This document shows, one piece after another, positions 50,793 to 64,000 of a DNA stretch of 64,000 nt. This DNA is from Balanoglossus misakiensis (Eukaryota > Animalia > Hemichordata). Location of the stretch: positions 4,208,699 through 4,272,698 of the forward strand of contig CM082581.2 in assembly GCA_040954595.2 (NCBI GenBank), given 5' to 3'. The notes under the pieces are model-generated. The model had not been told where the DNA came from. It ran no database searches and worked only from the letters and a program-made list of their open reading frames with translations. The position numbers and the translations under genes are program-made. Each line of letters opens with the position of its first letter. The stretch's first letter is position 1.

Positions 50793-52755
50793 AAAGACTT
50801 AACCATAAATTAGTACTTTTTTGTCACATAAACTTAATCCATGATTCCCACTTTCAAAGCTTTGGTACATGGAAAAGCTCCTAAAACTTACCTAAGGTAT
50901 GCATTGTTTCTTCACTTTGTTGAACGCTAGATGCCATCATTCGACTTATACTCATCAGATTCTCTGTAATACTTGTTGCAGTTTTTGCAAGATTTTCTCT
51001 GTTTTTCCTTAAAGAAAGAGACAAATTACAACATAAAACCTCATGCAAGACATGCCAAGTCTTAATAACCATTAATCACCTGTTTTCGCTTTATAAGAAA
51101 AAATCTGAATTTGTAGGGCTTCAAAATAGTGTACTAGTATTCTTGTGACTGGTACACCATGTGATCAAGACTTCTATTGTGACATTATTGGAAAACAACA
51201 TTTTGCTTTGGACAACTTCTAGGAATATCAGAAATGACATTCATATGGGATAGATAAGAACTGTCAGACTGAACATGATAAAGGTATGACTGTTACCTTT
51301 TCCTAATTTCTGGATTGGTGCCTCCACTCATCAAGTCTTCTTTTGCACTTGCGTCTATCTTTAATTTACATGCCAAATTGGCTTTTCTGTGCGTTGTTTT
51401 GGTACTGTAAGAAGGAATAGAAACATTTCACACTTTCTTCAATTGAAGGGAATGCTGGTGTGGCTGGGTTGAATGCTGTTGGGATTATGTAATGAGCTGC
51501 TGAGCTGCTGAGTGTATCATACAGCTCGTCCAAGACACAACAGGATATTGGATATTGGTCGCATGGTGTACGGAATACATGCCAGCTCAAAAATTCTGCT
51601 AAAACTAAATTTCTTTGTATGTATTATCAAAACTAACATATTCTACAAGGTCAAATATAGGCACTGGCAGAATGAGGTGGCAATAACAGAGGACATATTT
51701 CAGTCTTACCTTTGTAATTGTTTTCTGTGATTCTCAGCATCGTTAAGAATGTTTATTCTATCTGTTTCTTTGTCTTGTTCCCTTGCAAGCCTCTCTAAAT
51801 CCTGTCAATGAGAAGTTTACCAACAAAGTTATTACAATCAAGTTTCTAATTAATAGATGTAACCACTTTGAAACTGTCTATTGATTTTTGCAACGTTGGA
51901 ATTACACAGGTCATCAGTAATGCCCACTATAAGATCTGCATATGCGCATATCATGGTCTGCTGGTCATGGCATGTACATGTATGATGTAGTGAAAAGTTT
52001 GAAAAACTCAATGTACATTGGTACATGTTCAATAACAGAGGAAGCACTGACAACACCAGTCACTTACATCTATTCTGTTCCTTAAAACTTGAAGTTTTTC
52101 CTTTATCTGAGCATTAATTTCATTCAATTTCTCTTCTGTATCAGCAGTCTCCCAGATATCCTGGAAAGACAAGAATGAAGGTAGAAATGAAGGTAGAATG
52201 CACCTCGAAAATCAAAGTCTTAAAATTTCACTCATATTTTGCTCAGGGCAACTTGGATTATGGTTCCTTAAAATTGAGAATAAAAAATGGGAGTCACCGT
52301 GTGCTCTGCTGGGTCCTACTACACCCCCCCCCCCCCCGTGTTTTTGCAAATATTAACTTTACTGTAAAGGTCAAGGGGCGATCTACAGGAATGCCAGAAT
52401 GTTGACTGTGTGATCATGAATTATGTGATGTGGTGTGTGCTGGGGTTTAAGCCACGGTCTCTGGGGTGACCGTGGGTTACCGAATATGCATAAGAATCTT
52501 CGAGTTACTTTGCCCTTTCACACTGCAGTGAACCAGATGGCAGAATGTAAACAGACCTTGGTGTCTGCATCATAGTGCATGCACGCAGGCATGCTGCAGT
52601 GATGTGCACCTTACCAAATACTGAAACAAGTGTTGTAGAGAGATAGAATGGCATGCGTTCAAGACCAATACCTGAATGAGAGCTTTGATCTGTAGGTCAT
52701 GTTTCACAATTTCTTGTACACAGAGACGAACGTGAACATCCTCCGTCGCCATCAT
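50195..52755 (-). CDS. BNIP1: Vesicle transport SNARE SEC20/BNIP1 (~226 aa; exons 52672-52755, 52068-52160, 51710-51801, 51297-51404, 50892-51007, 50195-50382)
   Basis: EDVHVRLCVQEIVKHDLQIKALIQDI...HRKANLACKLKID...ITENLMSISRMM...TSSKTI.ETHEEFK...LLTKYNRREITDKLLIILALAFFFATVLYIVKKR (C-terminal TM). 681 nt, phase-consistent. Confidence 0.95.
50465..50650. repeat. (ATC)n followed by imperfect (ATG)n microsatellite; (GTT)n at 50742-50791
   Basis: Direct reading; last intron of BNIP1. Confidence 0.9.
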
Positions 52756-52900
52756 GCATTGAGGATTTCCCTTTCCATGATGGCGCCATCGCGCATGTCA
52801 CGGGGAAGACCCACCTTTTACGGCGGACTGTCGCAGGACGGAAACTAGTTCAACACACATGATGTAATCAAAACATCACAACTGATTTACACGTAGGTAA
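52756..52900. promoter_or_regulatory. Putative bidirectional promoter BNIP1/ENTPD with palindromic YY1-like site
   Basis: The two genes are head-to-head. GATGGCGCCATC at 52779-52790 carries ATGGCG on both strands; locally CpG-rich. Confidence 0.5.
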
Positions 52901-53541
52901 ATATATGCGTGGGATGTTTTTTTCGTCTTCTCGGACTATATGGGAAGTTATTGAAAAAAAGTTATTTCAACCACAGTTAAACGTAGCCGTAAAAGAGTAA
53001 CTGGTACACGTTTCATTTTTTTTCAGACAGCTAATTCAGAATCAGATTTGGGTCAATTTGGGAATGTTGGAGTAACATTGAAGTTTGAACTGTTATAACA
53101 TTGAAGCAAATCGTGCATATGGATGCTTAAAACACAGTGAGTGTTATTTATTTATCACATTTAAAACTGTTTACTGAGTTGTATGGTGATGATGCGTGAC
53201 CTCCACCTCCAACGACCCACGGTTAATGCAAATATCCGTGGCAATTTGAATCCGATGCTGGCTACAGACTGAAGTGGTAGCTTCCTGGTGTGTACTTCTT
53301 CGTAGTGTGGTGTGGTAGATATCTAATGGATTAATTAGTGGCCGAAAAGTACACAGCCGTTGCTTCCTGAATTACAGTTACATGTACGATGTTTCGTTAA
53401 TAACAGAAAGTGTCATCGGTGTGGAACAAATGGAATATGAAAGTTTTGTATGCAACGTATGTGCCAGGATATCTTCTTGCGGTAACAACGTAGATCAACG
53501 ATACTGTAACTGTCAACGTCACACAGTGTCTGTCGTCACAT

Positions 53542-56500
53542 ATGGCGAGGTTAGTAACTATTGTGCCATACAATGCTGTATAATAAACAATTCATATGAC
53601 GTGGAAAATCAGTGACAGTTGTGAATTTTCTTTCATTATCATTCCATACTCATCCATTATCCCTGTTGCGGTTTGATTTGAATTTAACATTTTCAAATGG
53701 CACAGGCGAATAAATTGTCCTGTTTTCCTCCTGGTGGTGATATTTCTAATCACCATGTACAAAATTAAAGAGACCGGTGAAATGTTGCCTTATTTTTCCA
53801 TGGATGTATCCAAGGCATCAAATTTTCATATCTGTTAGGCCAGATAGATAGTCTTTGGTTCTGACAATATCATCATCATGCTTTAAAAAGCCAACTGCCA
53901 TGTCTGCTTGCCTTGTCAGTCATTTGTCAGAAACCTGACGTACCAGTAATTGACAGGCCATACCGGACTTAAAGGGGCACAGAACCAGACAAAGGTTTCA
54001 CCAATTGATATGGCCGTGGTATATTAAACATACACTTATTTCCAAACATTTACAACACTAACTTATTGTTCTCTGTATTTCAGTAAAAATAAGGGTACCA
54101 TCATCATGAAAAAAATTACCATTTGCCATCGTGTACATTTACATTGCATTAAATTTTCTTGTATTTTGAGCTCTCATTATCTAGATGTTTGCATATTTAG
54201 TGTTGGAAGCTTATGAGATCAGTCAGCATCCTATATGTCTGTGCCCAACTGCAAAGACTTGTATGTATCATCTCGGTATTTGGTATGTAGATGCATCTAA
54301 GGTCATGGGTGGGAATGTCTTCATTGTTTTTATTAAGATAGTTTGTATTGCTACCTCATTAATTAATTGTCTTTTTTTTCGTTTCAGGTTATTTCTCCCA
54401 TCACTCCCAGCAGTATGGCATCTCAGAGTGAATGGCTTCAACCGGAGTTTCATCACTCTGGTGTTAGGACTTGCTTTTGTTGCAGTCTTTGTCATGATCC
54501 TGATTGTGGAAAGTCACAAACTCAACATAGATGACGGCTACGAACGATACGCCAACCAGTACCTCCACGCAGAAGCCACGGATATTTCAGATCCCAATTT
54601 ATTTTACGGAATAGTCATAGATGCTGGTAGTAGCGGAACCAGGGTGTTTGTCTATTTTTGGCCGCAGCACACTGGAAACCCGACTGAAATGTTACAGATA
54701 CAGCAGATGAGAGATAAACACAGACAGCCTGTTGTGAAGAAAATTAAACCAGGTAAGGCTTTATGCAACAAACTTTCCTAACCCTAGTCCTCTTCTTGCC
54801 AAGTTTAAAGGAAAAAAGTCTCTCTCTCGATGCCCTTTTCTATTAATTATGTTTGATACAAGTAAATTATTAATTATGTTATTCTACATGTGAATATATA
54901 GTAAATCAACATTCAACGACACACAACTTCCATTCCGCTTGTAGACACGAGAGTGAAAAACTTACCAAAATGAATAATCGGTCTCTACCATTTATTCATT
55001 TTGGTGAGATTTTTATTCTCATACCCTACAAGACCTGTAATTTGCTTCCAGATTTGCTCAAGACTAACACACGATTGTGGTCCCTATGTTCATCATCAGG
55101 TCTCTCAACATTGGCTGACAATCCAGACCAGGCTAATGAATATTTAAAACCACTGCTACAGTTTGCAGCTGATCATATACCAGTTGTCAAACACCAAGAA
55201 ACTCCATTGTATATCCTAGCAACAGCTGGTATGAGAATGCTGCCAGAAAGGTTTGTATGAATAGATGAGCTTAAAGTCAAAGTTAGAGCAATGATGTAGT
55301 CACGCAGTGATGAAGGGTCTGTGAGTTTTCTTTGTAAAAATATAGTGATGTCATGATCTCATGTTACATATGGTGAGGTCATGTTAACAAACATAGGTTG
55401 TAAATGCTAGAAATGCAAGTAGAATGCACCATATGAATAGATGGATTGTGGCCCATTGCGAGATTTCGCGAGATTTGGTTAATTTCTGTAGCAACAGTTT
55501 GCTAGCAAAGTAAGACAAGTGGCGCTTTGTATGAAACTAGAATAGGTGCAGAGTTTAATGAATATTGTAACTTTTTTGGCATGAGCCATGTTTGTCCTGT
55601 GTCACATGAAAATGTCCTCCCATGTAAACTGTCCAATCGCACAAGATCTTGCAGAGCCCCATGGTGTTAGTGAAATGATTTTTTGCACATCTAATATGCA
55701 GGAAGGCAACAACTTTGATTCCTCTCTAATGCCAGTATGTTACCTTGTGGGTTTTGACATTTTTTTAACATCAAGAAACAGTCTATAACTTTGGATTATC
55801 AAGGATGAATTTCTCTTTGCAGCCAGCAAACTGCCATTTTAGAAGACGTCCGCAGAGACATACCCAATGATTTCAAGTTTCTGTTTTCTGAAACTCATGC
55901 TGAAGTCATATCTGGGAAAGAGGAAGGTGTATATGCATGGATTGGTATCAACTTCGTTTTGGGAAGATTTAATCATGCTGATGATGGTTAGTAATTTTCA
56001 TTTTCATGCATGAAGACTGATTATTTCGTGCCAACTCAGTAATTGTTTCCTGCCAAATACTAGTATGCTGATTTTCCTGGAGAGGTCTGAAGGCTGCAAC
56101 CATATACTCTTGATTGCCATTTGTCTAAACTGAAAAATGACTGGCATCTTTACAGAATTTTTGCCAGTCATTGCTCATGATTGGTTGGACTCAATAATTT
56201 GTGTAGAAGAGACTAGGCACACATACAGTGCTTCATTCAAGATGCTAGAGTAAGAGGGATTGTGCCAATTAATATAGGGGCATTTGAAATATTTTTGTCA
56301 GTGACTTGCTGAATTTCATCCATCCCTTAGTCTCAGACAGTGTGCCCTCTAAGCCCATATGAGAGCCACTGACTCAACAAACTCACTGGTGACTCAAGAA
56401 AATTATCCCCAGTACATGCTTATGTATAGGGCTGACTCGGAGAAACTGTTAGAAATCCTCAAATTGACTTGAAGCTTTTAAAAATTATGTTTGTTGGAGG

Positions 56501-59500
56501 GCACACTTGTCTCAGACCACAGACATGCATGAATGCACACACACCGTCACACACACACACAAACCAATCCTGCGCTTTCAACACTCTATATTTTCTTTTC
56601 TCCTGCAGATGATCCAGTTGTATGGGTTGATGTTGGAAAATCAAACAATGAGACCAGAATGCTCCGGAAAAGAACAGTCGGCGTCTTAGACATGGGTGGT
56701 GGCTCAGCACAAGTTGCTTTCGAAGTTCCCAATTCTGTAAGATTTAACTTGTATAATAAACAGGTGTTTACTTTCTCTTGTTCCTAGATATGACAAAAAA
56801 ACATCATTATTTTATACTAACAGTTAACAGGTTGTTAATGGCTTGTGGCTACCATGGAAAAAAACTGCTATCAAAGAATTGGTGCATACTACAGGAAGTG
56901 TCTCTAACTTCATGAACTGGGTGTAGTCTCTCAAACATACATGTGTCGGTATCATTATCTTGGTGATATGAGAGATCACACTGCAGTTATGGAAAAATGA
57001 TTTAACCCTTTCACCCCCATTATCCTTTATAGAGGTCCAACTTTACCATTGAAAACGATGGATTTGGACCAAACCATAGTGGTTAAAGGGTTAAACTGTA
57101 TGGGAATGCAAGTTTGTCACCTGACAATCCTGTAGCATTGCACAATTTTTGTCACGGTGGTAAACATTATCATGGGAGAACATGTGTTGTGAAATGCTCT
57201 CTTGGAATTTGTTTTCATACTTGTTCGCAGGCCAGTCTCTTTCACTACAATCAATTCCAGTCATGATAAATAATTGAAGGAACATAAACAAAGTCCTGCT
57301 CATATGTTTCAAGGAATGTCCTATATAACTTCCGTCCACTTCCATGCGTAGAATGCATTTGGAGTTTAATAAATCATTTCAATACATGGTATTTTCAGTG
57401 GTAAAGAATGCTTTTTAATATGACATATTATGTTATGGGTATTATAATAGGTCTGAAATAATCTCTGCTAATTGTAAAATAGTCAATTAGAATAGTCCAT
57501 AATTTGTCCACAATTTCTGTATGCCTATTTTAATAAATGTAAATTCGCCATTATGGAAATTAAAAGATAAATATGGTAATGTTATAATAAACTCGTTTGT
57601 GGTGCTTTTAGCACATCTGCTGCTGCATATATAAACCACTCACTTGAATTTAATTTGATTATAATTAACGTTAAATTGATTTGTGTTGTCCTACAGGAAG
57701 AACTAGCCAAGGGTTTAATGGCAGAGTTCAATCTTGGTTGTGATGTCCACAAGACAGAGCACGTCTACCGGGTTTATGTGACAACATTTCTTGGATATGG
57801 TGGCAATTCTGCGAGGGAGAGATATGAAAAGGTGTTGATCAACGAAACAGCCAAACAAGGGTAAGAAGTATTTCTGTTTGCAGTCATTTCTGTGTATTCC
57901 AGGACAAGTAACTTGCAAAGATAGAATGTCAGAATTAATGTCAACTTTCATCAACTCCATGCGGTATATACGGTACGCTCAATTCTGAAGGGTGTACATC
58001 ATGTATACGGCTGTGATGGATAACACATAATTGTAGATTGATGAATTGATAAGTGGCAGTTATGAAGCCATTTTCCAAGTTTTCCCATATCGGGAAGGTG
58101 AGACCCACCACCCCAACCCTCACCCCTCAACCCCACCTCCCAATGGTATGTTTTAGGATGAGGGGAGATGTCTTGCAAGTATGGCCAGTCAATATGTGCT
58201 GTGTAACATGCCTTGTGGAATTTATTATCAATGAAAATGGATGAGGTGTGTTACAGAAACCAATATCAAAAGTGTCAGTTTGGGCAGTTGAAAGGTTCTT
58301 TTTTAAAAACCCATACCCAACTTGTTTGTCAAAGCCATGCCTATGAACAGAGACACTTTTTATGATTTGATGTCAAACAGTGTTTGTGTTAGCATGCAAG
58401 TCTGAACATGTTCTATTGTGCCTAATTTCAGTAATATCATCGGTGTTGATCCACTGACCCCAATACAAGATGTCTGCCTACCCCGAGATATGCCTGATGA
58501 AATCCAAGATGACAACGGGAAGATCTACCACCTGAGAGGGACTGGCAACTTTGACGCCTGCAAAGAAAGAGTCAAGCCTTTACTGGACCTGAACGTGCCG
58601 TGTCAGAAAGATCCATGCTCCATCAATGGAGTCTATCAACCACAGATCGATTTCTCGCAGAGTGAATTCTATGGATTCTCAGAGTATTGGTATTGTATGG
58701 AAGATGTGTTGCGAATGGGAGGACCTTATGATTACAACTCATTTCATCAAGCAGCCAAGGTGAGTCAGTTATCAGTATGCTGCGATGAAGTTTCAGGTTC
58801 CATGATAAGAAACGATCCTTTGAAAATGAGTATAAAGCCAAAAATTCATGGGCTCGGAAGCCTCGCCCATGAATTTTTGGCTTTCCCCTCGCCCTTGCCC
58901 ATAAACAAACGTTAATGGTCAGGGCGTCGTCCATTATTTCCATATTCACAGGGCTTTTGTGCTAGCAAGTGGTCCATTCTTGAAGAACATCATAAAAAGG
59001 GTCTTTATCCGAAATCAGACCACCATAGACTAAAGTAAGTTTTTGTACTTCGTTAGCACCATCAAACTCTACTAGAAAATACTTGACTTTGAAAATGCCA
59101 GAATCCTATCAATAATAATGAATATATTTTGAATGAGACAGTGTAAAACTTCTTCAATTTTTCACTCAATTATTTTCAACATAAAATGTGAAATTTGAGC
59201 CATGTGAACTAGGAGATGTTATTTGTGTGAATAATTCTGTATTCATATAATTGGGGTAAACATGAAAATGTCATTGTGTTTAACACTCCGATTGTTCTAC
59301 TTGACAGATATCAATGTTTTAAATCAGCCTGGATGGCTTCCATTTTACATGACGGTTTCAAGTTTCCGGAAGGCTACAGAAATTTAAGGACAGCAAGTTT
59401 AATCCATGACAAAGAAGTTCAGTGGACTCTGGGAGCCATTCTCTACAAAACAAGATTCTTGCCTTTGAGGTAAACACAATTTTTTCATTTCTCCCAATAT

Positions 59501-60346
59501 ATCTTTGAAGTTTCATTTTCAGCAGTGTTCTAGTAGATTTAGATGGAATTGCTGCTTATGATGGGGAAAGTGGACCAGACACCAGTATTATTTAATATCA
59601 ATCATGTGATCTGGCCATGTGACAATAGAAAAATATGTCCATTTAGTTCAGAATCAAGGGGGAAAATAGAGGGAGATGTGAAAAAGATAAAAATGTTAGG
59701 CCACATTATGACAGTGAAAGATCTGGTGTTCAAAAGGGTTAAATATGTCTTTTCAAAGGGGATGTTACATGTGTGAAACATTCAAGCTATGATATTAAGG
59801 TTTTCAGTGCAGTGTTGTTGCTACTTAAAGGGAAGGGGTTGTCGTGCCACGTGGGTGTCCCCCTTGACGAGAATATGTCCTCCCATACCAACGCAAACCC
59901 CACCTACTAGGATCTTCAGTTGCTGTCATGCCCAGTCTACGCTACGGTTGGCTGCTTCGTTCATTCTAAGAATGGTCTAATTTTAGGGATTTGTGGCAAA
60001 ATTGAAATGTTTATAAACAAACAAACACGGCGTGACAACCCCTTCCCTTTAACATAAAGATACTAACTGAATGTTTTTTGTTGTTTTTGTCGTGTGCAGG
60101 GAAATGCAGCATTTCCAAGGTGGATACCGGCCTCCCTGGGTCCGAGCCACGATGATGTCCAACCAGTTCCTGCTGGTTTTATGTTTCATCGTGGTCGTGG
60201 GTTCCATTCTCTTGTACATCAGACGTTTACGTAAACTCAGCATGCTGTCATCGCCGCTGAGTCGAGTACCCACCATGGCGTACTTCATGACAGAAGCTGA
60301 TCAGGTTCAAGAGGGAACAGAGGAAAAGTACTACAGCTATGCCTAG
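53542..60346 (+). CDS. ENTPD4/7: Ectonucleoside triphosphate diphosphohydrolase 4/7 (GDA1/CD39 family), ~599 aa, 10 exons
   Basis: Exons 53542-53549, 54388-54752, 55100-55250, 55823-55986, 56609-56736, 57697-57860, 58432-58759, 58952-59034, 59308-59469, 60100-60346 (1800 nt). Apyrase conserved regions DAGSSGTR, ATAGMR, ISGKEEGVYAW, DMGGGSAQ and WTLG; N- and C-terminal TM helices. Confidence 0.95.
57002..57094 (+). mobile_element. ~90-bp piggyBac-like MITE (TTAA-CCCT...AGGG-TTAA)
   Basis: ttaaccctttcacccc...gtggttaaagggttaa. Confidence 0.75.
59825..60052. mobile_element. TTAA-flanked MITE (Kolobok-like)
   Basis: ttaa-agggaaggggttgtcgtgcc ... ggcgtgacaaccccttccct-ttaa. Confidence 0.8.
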
Positions 60347-60413
60347 AATCTACCAATTGCACCGAGTCGACACCAGCTATGTCCGTCAAATTATGATGAG
60401 CATCAGGGAGGAC

Positions 60414-60505
60414 TTAACCCTCTCACCCCCGTTTCCCTCTATAGAGGTCCAACTTTAACGTAGAAAACAATGGATTTGGACCAAACCATAGTGGTGAAAG
60501 GGTTA
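60414..60505 (+). mobile_element. ~90-bp piggyBac-like MITE in the ENTPD 3' UTR
   Basis: ttaaccctctcacccc...gtggtgaaagggttaa, about 70 bp after the stop codon. Confidence 0.75.
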
Positions 60506-61253
60506 AATCCACAACCTACAACACTAAGTTGCCCAGCAATGGGAGTCAGAACCCTGAGTTAGCCACATCACTTTAGTCTAGCTATTTATAGGATTTTAAG
60601 GGGATGGAACTGACAGGTTATCTGTCTAGTGTGTTAAAGTACCAGCCACGTGGCCTTCACTGTCTACAACATTTACACTCGGACACAAGTACAAGTCAAC
60701 ATGAAAATATAGTATTTATTTGAGGAAGTATTAGATCAGTTACTTGGCTACAGATAGTAGCAAATATTTTAGGGACCAAAATCATGACCACAGTCAACTA
60801 TTTTTATATTAAACCTGTCAGATCATGTGACGTGACTGTGTGTCAAGAATCTGAACAATGTGATCAAACATTACTGCAATGACATTGATCATTTATAATG
60901 ACAGTGACTGGGCACAGAGATATGCCAGTATTAGAAAGTAGTTCCAGAATAATTTAATTTTAACTTGGCGAGAGTAGTACAATCATGATTTTGAATACTT
61001 CTGTTGATTTTTCTGATGTGATCGAATATACATTGTTGTGATGATTGACAAGATGACTGAGATGCATCTTTGGCCCAGGTAATTTGAAAGAACATAAGAA
61101 CATGAAAGGGAATTTTCACATAGTATATTGAACAAAGAGAAAGTGATCGCAAGTTGTAAGTTGTTGAATTTCACGGAACATTGCAATCAAGAAATTTATA
61201 TTATTCCGTTTCATATATTGTTACATGTACATTGTAACTGAATGTTTCAACTC

Positions 61254-61259
61254 AATAAA
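61254..61259 (+). terminator. Putative polyadenylation signal of ENTPD4/7
   Basis: AATAAA followed by GT-rich sequence. An opposite-strand AATAAA at ~61540 suggests 61.5-64 kb is the 3' UTR of a convergent gene outside the window. Confidence 0.4.
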
Positions 61260-64000
61260 TATTTGGACACAAATTAGACTTGTCTTGTCCTTGATGAAAT
61301 AGATTGGTTTGATTGTGATGTTGTTGATTGAATCAATCTATAGAATTTTTGCATTTTAACTCATCATAGAACAAACATTTTGATTTGGGGTGAATAATGC
61401 TCGGAACAGTGAATTATGTACATGTATGATGTCATACCAACAAAGGGCCAGGATGTCGGGTCACCCAGGGGTCAAGAAAGTGGCCTAGTGCACAGACACT
61501 GAAACAAACACACACAGCCATCTGAAGAGCGATGCAATGTTTATTTCTTTACAAGAACAAAGTCTCCATATTTACAGTCGACATCATCATCATATCTACA
61601 ACTGCTTCCTTAGTCAATATTTCAGTAAATTAATGCTTTAAGTTACAGCACACACTGCTTCAATGAAAACTGCCACAAGTGTAACATGTACGTTACAGAC
61701 CTGTCTCTCGTAATGTAAACCAAACACAATGTCGAGAAAAATTGCTTGGGATTGACCATCAATCACTTGCCTGCTGTAAAACTACAGACAGCAGACATGT
61801 ACATATCTTCACCTATATACAAGTATATGTACACGGTATGATCAAATCACTAAAGAAGCAGACTGCATCATCTTTGTTACCAAAAAAGAAACTGCATCTC
61901 TCTTGAATTTTTCGGCATTGCATTCCAAAGTCAACTACTTCTCTCTGATGTGTCAATGACTTTTGTAACTGTAGTTTCTATCCATCTTTCATCGGGGGGG
62001 GGCATTCATTGTCTCCCCTCGATGTATCCCCCTCCTCTACAAAAAAAGTTTTGAAGTATAACAATTCTATCAAACTTACACTACATCAGACTTTACTTAT
62101 CATATACCATTCCCTGATAACGATGTATTGTTGTTTTATGATAGATGTTTGTAAACTTAACACTGTGAAAGTCATGTAATATCAATGATATCAAGTTAAT
62201 TTCTGGTGACTTTGCAAACAGGCTAACTGTTATTTTTGCTACAGGTAGTGGAGCTCTATACAGGATGGGTATCTGTGTGATATATAGTACTAAAAAACAT
62301 CACACCACAAAAAATGACAGTCCTCAGATCACTGAAGATGTGTAGAGGATAACGGTGAAATATGAATCACCAAGTACAGGGAGATGATGGTCCGTTTTTT
62401 TTTTGTTTTTTTACAAAATATCTTGGATGGAAAGTCTTTCCTTACAGGCAGTGACCTGTTTAATCTCACCACATGGAATACATGTAACTGGAAATACAAT
62501 GTACTTTTATTATTTATAAACAAAACACTACACAGTCTTGCATCCCTGAAATGCATCAATGCAAAGGCAGTCAATGATGCCAATCTTCGACCACAGCCTG
62601 TGTTCTAAAACTGTATAATGTCTTTTTTTCACCAACGCCATAATCTAAATATAATTAATATATAACACAAACCAAATACATGATAAAATTTATTTGTAAT
62701 ATTCCACAAACAAAAAAGAAAACGTTAACTCTAGACTGAGTAAACCTTGCAAGTCTTCACAAGATATAAACCGTCTTTACATCTTTGGTACAATACATGT
62801 TAAGAATGACATCCTCAAAGGATTCAACATTTCTCTAAATTTTCACAGGTTTAGGTCATTTAAACCATGGTCAGTTACAAATAAAAAGAGGGGATGAATT
62901 TTCTTTTTTTCATGAAGCATCAATTCGAAGTGAAATGATGTATTCAAGAATGGTCGAACCATAATGATAAACTTTCAATATCTCTCCTTTGAAATCACGT
63001 AAAATGGGCACTGTGTTTATTGCTTTGTTTTCCTCCGTAAGATGAATCAGGTTTATCTAGTGATACAACAAAAACCTTATAATAATTATATATTTTGTAG
63101 GTTGCTAGTATTTGGAATCTCGGTTTGACTTTTTTTTCTTGCTTGACCTTCCTGTCCATCTCAAAACTGCACCAGGCAATACACAACACAACATAGTGGG
63201 TATGAGAATGTACTTTTTTTCTCCCCTTTTACTGCACATTTCCCAATTTTTCTGTCCATCACTGTCCTTCCACTGTCCAGGCAGTTACTGCTATTTCAGC
63301 CAATTATTCATATATTTAAAAGGCAACTGTGATAAAACTGTAAATGCTTTTGAGTAAGATTTGGCATTCATTCACATCTTTTCAAAATTATGAAGAACGG
63401 GTGAATACCAAATATATCCTATAGAAAATAGACATGCTTAAATAAATTATATAGAATAACTTTGTCTTTTGTACAGAAGTTACCATATATACAGGGATAT
63501 TCGGTCACTAGAACGTAAAATGATACCGGTAAATGTCAACACATAATTTTGTTTGAATTCACACCAGATTGAGAGCAATCTGCTAATAAGATATATCCTC
63601 ACACCCACTGCAACTAATAATAATAATTCTCAGTATAATGATCAACTCTCTGAAGAATCCCACAGGACCAGCTCTGTGTATTTTGGGACATCAAGTACTG
63701 GTGACATATTTACAAATGTTCAATCTATGGATTGTTTTTTGAGAATATACATTGACAAGGTGCAACAGTGATAATAATTACACTTTCTTGTGGTTTAGTA
63801 CATGTGGTAAACGCCTACTGAAAAAATCTCATGACAGCAAATTATTCATATATAAAAATGATCTCCCAGATATGGCATTTTTTTTTTCGTCTGACATATT
63901 TGGATAAACCCATAAACGGCAACTATTCCACTTGTCTAACCAGAAATGGGAGGACAATGTCTGAAAGTCAACATTTCAACAAAAAACCCTGCTTTAGTGT

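Noticed and set aside
54185-54387. N-terminal extension of ENTPD in the ORF track
   Set aside because: An 8-nt first coding exon (ATGGCGAG, 53542) spliced to 54388 gives MARLFLPSLPAVWH, which resembles ENTPD4/7 N-termini; the extension is intronic.
45660-55031. Apparent internal inversion between two copies of a MITE (45.6 kb vs 54.9 kb)
   Set aside because: The element is palindromic; opposite orientation with different arms retained explains it without a site-specific inversion system.

Overview
AT-rich, intron-containing animal DNA; the gene content and repeats suggest a marine invertebrate, possibly a deuterostome (not determinable here). Reading splice sites by eye gives five phase-consistent genes. 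(1) 773-4137 (-): a Death domain-SAM-NHL protein of about 513 aa. (2) 10068-26855 (-): a chimera of about 2089 aa with a PARP14-like RRM/KH N-terminus (partly tandem-duplicated, no macro/WWE/ART domains), a coiled coil, and a PIDD-like ZU5(HFS)-ZU5-UPA module capped by a death effector domain (DED). (3) 38068-47259 (-): a SKI/SNO/DAC-family protein of about 2729 aa with two DHD-like domains and a distant SAND-like domain. (4) BNIP1/SEC20 (-). (5) ENTPD4/7 (+), divergent from BNIP1. The left 33 kb looks like a fast-evolving innate-immune locus: an ISRE lies upstream of gene 1, tandem kB-like sites lie upstream of gene 2, a duplicated block precedes both genes, and transposon remnants are dense. 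The top candidate for an undescribed system is gene 2, a possible RNA-binding or decoy, autoproteolytic PIDD/FIIND-like death sensor. All domain calls are motif recognition by eye, not database searches.
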